DNA from: an uncultured Spirochaetota bacterium | GTDB lineage: Bacteria; Spirochaetota; UBA4802; UBA5550 | Reading direction: 5' to 3' | DNA: 64,000 bases | Assembly: GCA_942493035.1 (NCBI GenBank) | Contig: OW818666.1 | Coordinates: 4,129,464 to 4,193,463, forward strand | Shown here: piece by piece, positions 58,877 to 64,000 of the stretch | Layout: every line of letters begins with the position of its first letter | How positions within the stretch are numbered: position 1 is the stretch's first letter | Notes under the pieces: generated by a model | What the model was told of the DNA's origin: nothing | Databases searched by the model: none | What the model saw: only the letters and a program-made list of their open reading frames with translations | Program-made: the position numbers and the translations under genes

Positions 58877-59983
58877 ATGACAGAGAACAATTCCTACGAA
58901 ACATTATTTAAAAATAAAACTATGAAGAGTTATTTTCTTATACTATTTGCTGTTATAGTGATGTTTCTCTTATATATATTCAGATTGTACTTATGGATTT
59001 TTCTATACTCACTGATATTCTACGTTGCACTAAGACCTCTTCATGAGTGGATTCTTAAATATGTTAAGAAAAGAATCATCAGCTCAACAATTGTTATAAT
59101 GATAATTCTTGCACTTGTAGTAATTCCTTCTATGTTTCTTTTAATGATTCTGTCAGAGCAGATCTATGACCTTTACGGCAGAATTCATTTTACAGTAAAT
59201 TACGATATATTAAAGAATATTGGAGAGAATAAAACTGTAGATACAGTGCTTGCATTTTTAAACATAGAAAAGGCAGAGTTGGGCGAGAGAATTTTAAGCT
59301 ATTTTAAAGAGACTTCCATGTCGGCTTTTGCGAGCATAACATCTATTGTTTCATTCCCTATAAATTTTATAATTAAGTTTTTTCTTATGATGCTCATATT
59401 ATATTTTCTTTTTAAAGATGCCTATAATCTTGAAGGTGCAGTTTATCGTATACTCCCTCTGCCGACAGATCTTGAGATGAATATTGTCACAAGGCTGAAG
59501 AGCGTAATTTACGTTCTTATGCTGGGTAATCTGTTTATCATGCTGCTTCAGGGATTTATGGTCGGATTAGGTCTGTTTATCGCGGGAGTAAGCACGCCTC
59601 TTGTCTGGGGTACTCTTGCTGCTATACTATCACTTATTCCTGTAATAGGGACAACATTAATCTGGCTTCCGGCGGCTCTCTATCTTTATTTTACCGGAAA
59701 TTACGGCATGGCCGTATTTGCTGCGAGCTGGTGTTTTGCATGGTATATGATTCTTGAGAATCTTGTTAAGCCTAAAATTTTTGGTGACAGACTGAATTTC
59801 CATCCGCTGCTTTTTTTCTTTCTTCTTCTGGGGAGTATTCAGGCATTTAACCTTCCCGGAGTAATAATCGGGCCGATTATACTTTCGCTGTTCTATTCAT
59901 TCTGGGAGATATATAAAATACTCGATGATTACATGCAGAACAAAAGATCCTTTGATGTGAGAGATGATTCTGCTCAAGGGTAG
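58877..59983 (+). CDS. AI-2E (PerM) family transporter
   Basis: Multi-TM; SLIPVIGT.LIW.P, LENLVKP, HP.L, GVIIGP. Track start 58832 lies inside the hairpin. Confidence 0.9.
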   Translation: MTENNSYETLFKNKTMKSYFLILFAVIVMFLLYIFRLYLWIFLYSLIFYVALRPLHEWILKYVKKRIISSTIVIMIILALVVIPSMFLLMILSEQIYDLYGRIHFTVNYDILKNIGENKTVDTVLAFLNIEKAELGERILSYFKETSMSAFASITSIVSFPINFIIKFFLMMLILYFLFKDAYNLEGAVYRILPLPTDLEMNIVTRLKSVIYVLMLGNLFIMLLQGFMVGLGLFIAGVSTPLVWGTLAAILSLIPVIGTTLIWLPAALYLYFTGNYGMAVFAASWCFAWYMILENLVKPKIFGDRLNFHPLLFFFLLLGSIQAFNLPGVIIGPIILSLFYSFWEIYKILDDYMQNKRSFDVRDDSAQG

Positions 59984-60513
59984 TTTTTTATCTTCTCCAT
60001 CAGTCTCTCTCTGAGGAGATTGCTGGCGCTTCCAAGCTGTTCCAGTATATATTCAGCTTCACTCCGATAATCAGATATTTTTTCTGCTGTCCAGTGTTCA
60101 GGCGGCGACTGGAGATTGGTTATCCGGTCAGCAAGCTTAACCATCCATATCTCCCGGGGCTGAAGTTTTATTCTTTCAATGCTGTCCGCCATTCTAAGTG
60201 GTTTTTCAATACTGCTGTTTTTAGTCAAAGACTGCACTCCGTCTGAAATATCTTTCCCGAATATTTTTTCTATTTCACCGGCAGTTACACCAGCATCCTC
60301 TATAGCGTCATGGAGGAGGGCACACTGTACTGCAAGATCGGGATTGTTAATCTCTCCGCTGCATATTGCAGCAATAACCTCCATACATACATTTGAAAGG
60401 TGTATTATGTATGTAAGATCTGTGCCCGGTATTTTCTGGTCTCCGTGAACAGCTCCAGCAAAACGTATAGCTTTCTGATAGAGGTCCTGAGACCATATTT
60501 TATTCTGTTTCAT
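59974..60513 (-). CDS. Stand-alone RelA/SpoT-type HD domain (small alarmone hydrolase / Mesh1-like)
   Basis: FA..VH..Q, YIIH, LLHDAIED, FG....V..LTK, VKLADR..NL; no synthetase domain. Confidence 0.85.
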   Translation of the reverse strand: MKQNKIWSQDLYQKAIRFAGAVHGDQKIPGTDLTYIIHLSNVCMEVIAAICSGEINNPDLAVQCALLHDAIEDAGVTAGEIEKIFGKDISDGVQSLTKNSSIEKPLRMADSIERIKLQPREIWMVKLADRITNLQSPPEHWTAEKISDYRSEAEYILEQLGSASNLLRERLMEKIKNYP

Positions 60514-60814
60514 GATTATATACTCTCATATACTGAATCCTATAACTTCAGAAAAGTTTGTCAATTATGAAAATCTGCTGATAGATATGAATTGTCAGAA
60601 TAAAAGGATTTTAAGTTCTTGTATACCCGTCTGGCCAGCCGGAAAAATTTATTTAAAATAATAATTAATTTGACATATGAACATAAAATTGTAGTTTCTT
60701 TACGGTTAGAAATCTATCCGCACAAAAAAGAGTAAACATTGCTTAATGAAAACTCTCTTATGATGCGTATAAATTAAAAAAAAATATATATAAATTTTAT
60801 CCAGGAGGATATTC

Positions 60815-63811
60815 ATGCCTGTTACCAGAAGAAATTTCCTCAAACTGTCAGGTGCGACAGCAGCCGGGGCTTTTTTGGGGGGAACTTCCTTTCTGACCGG
60901 TTGTAAAACATCACCGGACAAGTTGAAAGGTACAACTGAGAGCACAACTATATGCCCCTATTGCGGTGTAGGTTGCGGACTGATTGTTTCTGCTCGAAAC
61001 GGAAAGATTGTAAACATTGAAGGTGATCCTGAACATCCTATCAATAAAGGCAGTTTATGCGCGAAAGGTGCAGCCCTTTATCAGATAGCTTCTAATCCTA
61101 TTAAAAGAAGACTTGATAAGGTTCAGTACAGAAAACCGGGCGGAACTGAGTGGGAGGAGCTCTCATGGGAGAAAGCCTTCGAGATGATGGCTGAGAGAAT
61201 TAAAGACGCAAGAGACAAGACTTTCGTTGAAAAAGAGAATAACGTAACTGTTAACCGTACAGGTGGGATTGTCGGTCTCGGCGGTGCAGCTCTTGACAAT
61301 GAAGAGTGCTATGTCTGGTCTAAATTCGCACGTTTACTAGGTTTAACTTATCTCGAACATCAGGCCCGGATTTGACACAGCTCAACAGTTGCCAGTTTGG
61401 CAGCTACATTCGGACGCGGCGCGATGACAAACCACTGGATAGATATCCAGAACGCAGACGTAGTTTTTATTATTGGAAGTAATGCAGCAGAAAACCATCC
61501 AATTTCTTTCAAATGGGTACAGGAAGCAAGAGATCGTGGCGGGAAACTTATTAATGTTGACCCGAGATTTACAAAGACTTCATCTCTTGCCGATCTTTAT
61601 GCTCCGATCAGACCGGGTACAGATATAGCATTCATGAGCGGTATTATTAACTATGCTCTTCAGAATGATTTTATCCAGAAAGAATATGTTGTAGAATACT
61701 CAAACGCATCATATCTGATTAATTCAGCTTATACATTTAATGACGGTATCTTCTCCGGCTATGACAGCGCGAAACATACCTATGTAAATGATACATGGAA
61801 ATATCAGCTCGATGATAAGGGAATTCCAAAGAGAGACAAATCTCTGAAAGATCCGAATTGTGTATACCAGCTGATGAAAAAACATTTTGAAAGATATACC
61901 CCGGAAAAAGTAAGCGCTATCACAGGCTGTCCGGTTGAATCGTTTAAAAAAGTTGCAGAATTATATACATCTACACACAAGCCGGATAAAGTAGCTACAA
62001 TCATGTATGCGATGGGTGCTACTCAGCACACAATTGGTGTACAGAATATCCGTACATATTCTATTCTTCAGATTCTTATGGGTAATATGGGTATGGCCGG
62101 CGGCGGTATCAATGCTCTTAGAGGTGAGTCAAATGTTCAGGGTTCAACTGACCATGGTCTTCTCTGGCATATAATCCCCGGTTACCTGGCTTCACCAAAG
62201 GCAAAAGATGTAAATCTCGAAACATATATTAAGAATTATGTTCCGAAAACAAATGACCCGATGAGTATGAACTGGAATCAGCATATGCCTAAGTATCTGA
62301 TCAGCATGCTTAAAGCATGGTTTGGTGAAAACGCGAAGAAGGAGAATGATTTTGCATATGATTATCTCCCTAAAGCGCATAAGCCGGTACCATATATGGC
62401 AATGTTTGAAGATATGTCAAAGGGACAGCATAAGGGCGCGATTTTCATGGGGACTAACCCTGTTGTCGGTGGACCTAATACAAATATGATTATGAAAGCA
62501 GTTGAAAAACTTGACTGGATGATCTGTGCGGATCTCTGGGAAACAGACACTTCAATTTTCTGGAAGAGAAAAGGGGTTAATCCTGCAAGCATCAAAACAG
62601 AGGTCTTCCTCCTCCCTATGGTTTCATCAGTTGAGAAAGAGGGAAGCGTTGCCAACTCCGGAAGATGGACTCAGTGGAGATACAAGGCGCAGCAGGGACC
62701 TGGAAATTCAATCTCCGACCTTGATCTTATAGATGAACTTTTTCTAAAAATCAGACATCTATACGAAGCGGATGTAAAAGCGGGTAAAAAAGTTGCATTC
62801 CCTGATCCGATTCTTAAAGCAAACTGGAGTTACAGACATCCGGGTGAACATGAAGCGGATCCTCATATGGTTGCCAAGGAAATCAACGGTTACCATGTTG
62901 ATAAAAATGGAAAGCGCGGAAAGCAGCTTGAAAACTTCCTGATCATGAAGGATGATGGTTCGACTGCATGCGGATGCTGGATCTATAGTGGTTCATACAA
63001 CGAAGACGGCAACATGATGGCAAGAAGGGGTTCAAAAGATGCTTCCAATAAGATCGGTATGTATCCTGAGTGGTCATGGACATGGCCTGTTAACAGAAGA
63101 ATCATATACAATAGAGCTGCTGTAAACAGAAAAGGTGAGCCTTTCGATCCAAAGAGATGGGTTATCAAATGGACAGGCAGTGCATGGAAAGGTGATGTTC
63201 CGGACGGTGGAGCGAAGCTTGGGCCTGATCAGAAGAATCCGTTTATCATGCTCGGTGAAGGTGTTGCAAGACTCTTTACTCCAGCGCTTAATGACGGACC
63301 TTTTCCTGAACACTTTGAGCCTTTGGAGACTGTTGCAAGGAACCTGATGAACTCTCATCAGCTTAATCCTGGAGTTACCGTTTCAGATATGGCAAAAAAA
63401 GAAGTGGGATCTACCGCAAGATTCCCTTACATCGGTTCAACCTACAGGGTTGTTGAACACTGGCAGGCTGGCGCGATGACAAGAAACCTTCCATGGCTTA
63501 ATGAGCTTGTTCCTGATATGTTCTGTGAAATAAGCCTCTCTCTTGCAAAAGCAAAAGGGATTAAGAATGGAGACAAAGTTAAGATCAGTTCAGCTAGAGG
63601 AGTCATAGACTCTTACGCGCTTGTTACAGACCGGGTTCAGCCTTTTAAAGTTGACGGCAAGATGGTTGAGATGGTTGGTATGATCTGGCACTTCGGCCAG
63701 GGATGCGAATCAACCGGAGATTCATGTAATACTCTGACCCCTTCAGTAGGCGATCCGAATTCATCAATACCGGAATACAAAGCATTCCTGGTAAACATCG
63801 AGAAGGCGTAA
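60815..63811 (+). CDS. fdhA: Formate dehydrogenase alpha subunit (FdnG/FdhA type), selenocysteine-containing, 998 aa
   Basis: The two track ORFs are one frame joined by TGA 61373-61375 in EHQARI-U-HSSTV; Tat RRNFLK; CPYCGVGC...C FeS motif; LRGESNVQG; bis-MGD signatures. Confidence 0.95.
61376..61404 (+). promoter_or_regulatory. Bacterial SECIS-like hairpin
   Basis: GTTGCCA-GTT-TGGCAGC (61388-61404); the apical G lies 20 nt after the UGA. Confidence 0.75.
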
Positions 63812-63824
63812 GGGGGGATAAATC

Positions 63825-64000
63825 ATGGCAGAAAAAGCGTTTTTAGTAGATACATCAAAATGTCAGGGATGCAGGGGGTGTCAGGTTGCATGTAAACAGT
63901 GGAACGGACTCCCGGCAGAGAAGACTGAATTTTTCGCGGGTCCTGAGTATACAAACCCTGGAAAACTTTCAGCTAAAACATGGAACCATGTTATCTTCTT
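63825..64000 (+). CDS. fdhB: Formate dehydrogenase iron-sulfur beta subunit, partial
   Basis: Not in the track. MAEKAFLVDTSKCQGCRGCQVACKQWN...TWNHV; runs off the window end. Confidence 0.9.
   Translation, partial: MAEKAFLVDTSKCQGCRGCQVACKQWNGLPAEKTEFFAGPEYTNPGKLSAKTWNHVIF

Noticed and set aside
61373-61375. Apparent nonsense mutation splitting fdhA
   Set aside because: It is at the conserved Sec/Cys position and has a SECIS-like hairpin, so it is recoding, not a pseudogene.
1248-63358. Numerous short antisense or alternate-frame ORFs in the track (e.g. 1248-1679, 24148-24717, 39028-39591, 48067-48510)
   Set aside because: They are shadows of well-supported genes and carry no independent motifs.
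1-64000. CRISPR array, prophage, integron or autonomous IS
   Set aside because: No regularly spaced repeats, cas, phage, integrase or transposase ORFs recognised.

Overview
An AT-rich, gene-dense bacterial chromosomal segment. It most resembles an anaerobic Leptospira-related spirochaete; this is inferred from the ispE-tRNA(Gln)-short glmU-prs-rplY-divergent pth block and an OmpL37-like surface protein. Main content: (1) nickel and anaerobic redox functions: hypF-hypA-hypB, an orphan larE-larB-larC nickel-pincer cofactor operon with no larA, a Tat-exported selenocysteine formate dehydrogenase (in-frame UGA plus SECIS-like hairpin) with the start of its FeS subunit, and a partial acyl-CoA dehydratase activase; (2) envelope genes: MlaD, M23 peptidase, an 1882-aa SprA/Sov-like outer-membrane protein, TPR-Slt, FecR, HEAT, ExbB/ExbD; (3) signalling: REC-PAS-HD-GYP, GGDEF, HDOD, MCP, a degenerate PP2C, a small alarmone hydrolase-like HD protein, LexA; (4) lipid/acyl-CoA metabolism and housekeeping. 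No transposase, prophage or CRISPR array is present. The strongest observations beyond the ORF track are: a ~120-bp MITE family with four copies, each with terminal inverted repeats and a 9-bp target-site duplication, one of which rewrote the end of the slt gene; two genes in one operon (ispE, glmU) that appear to start at ATC; an unannotated 32-aa very basic protein; a GC-rich structured intergenic element; several enzymes missing catalytic residues; and three unrelated REP-like palindrome families. All family calls come from motif recognition by eye, not database searches.
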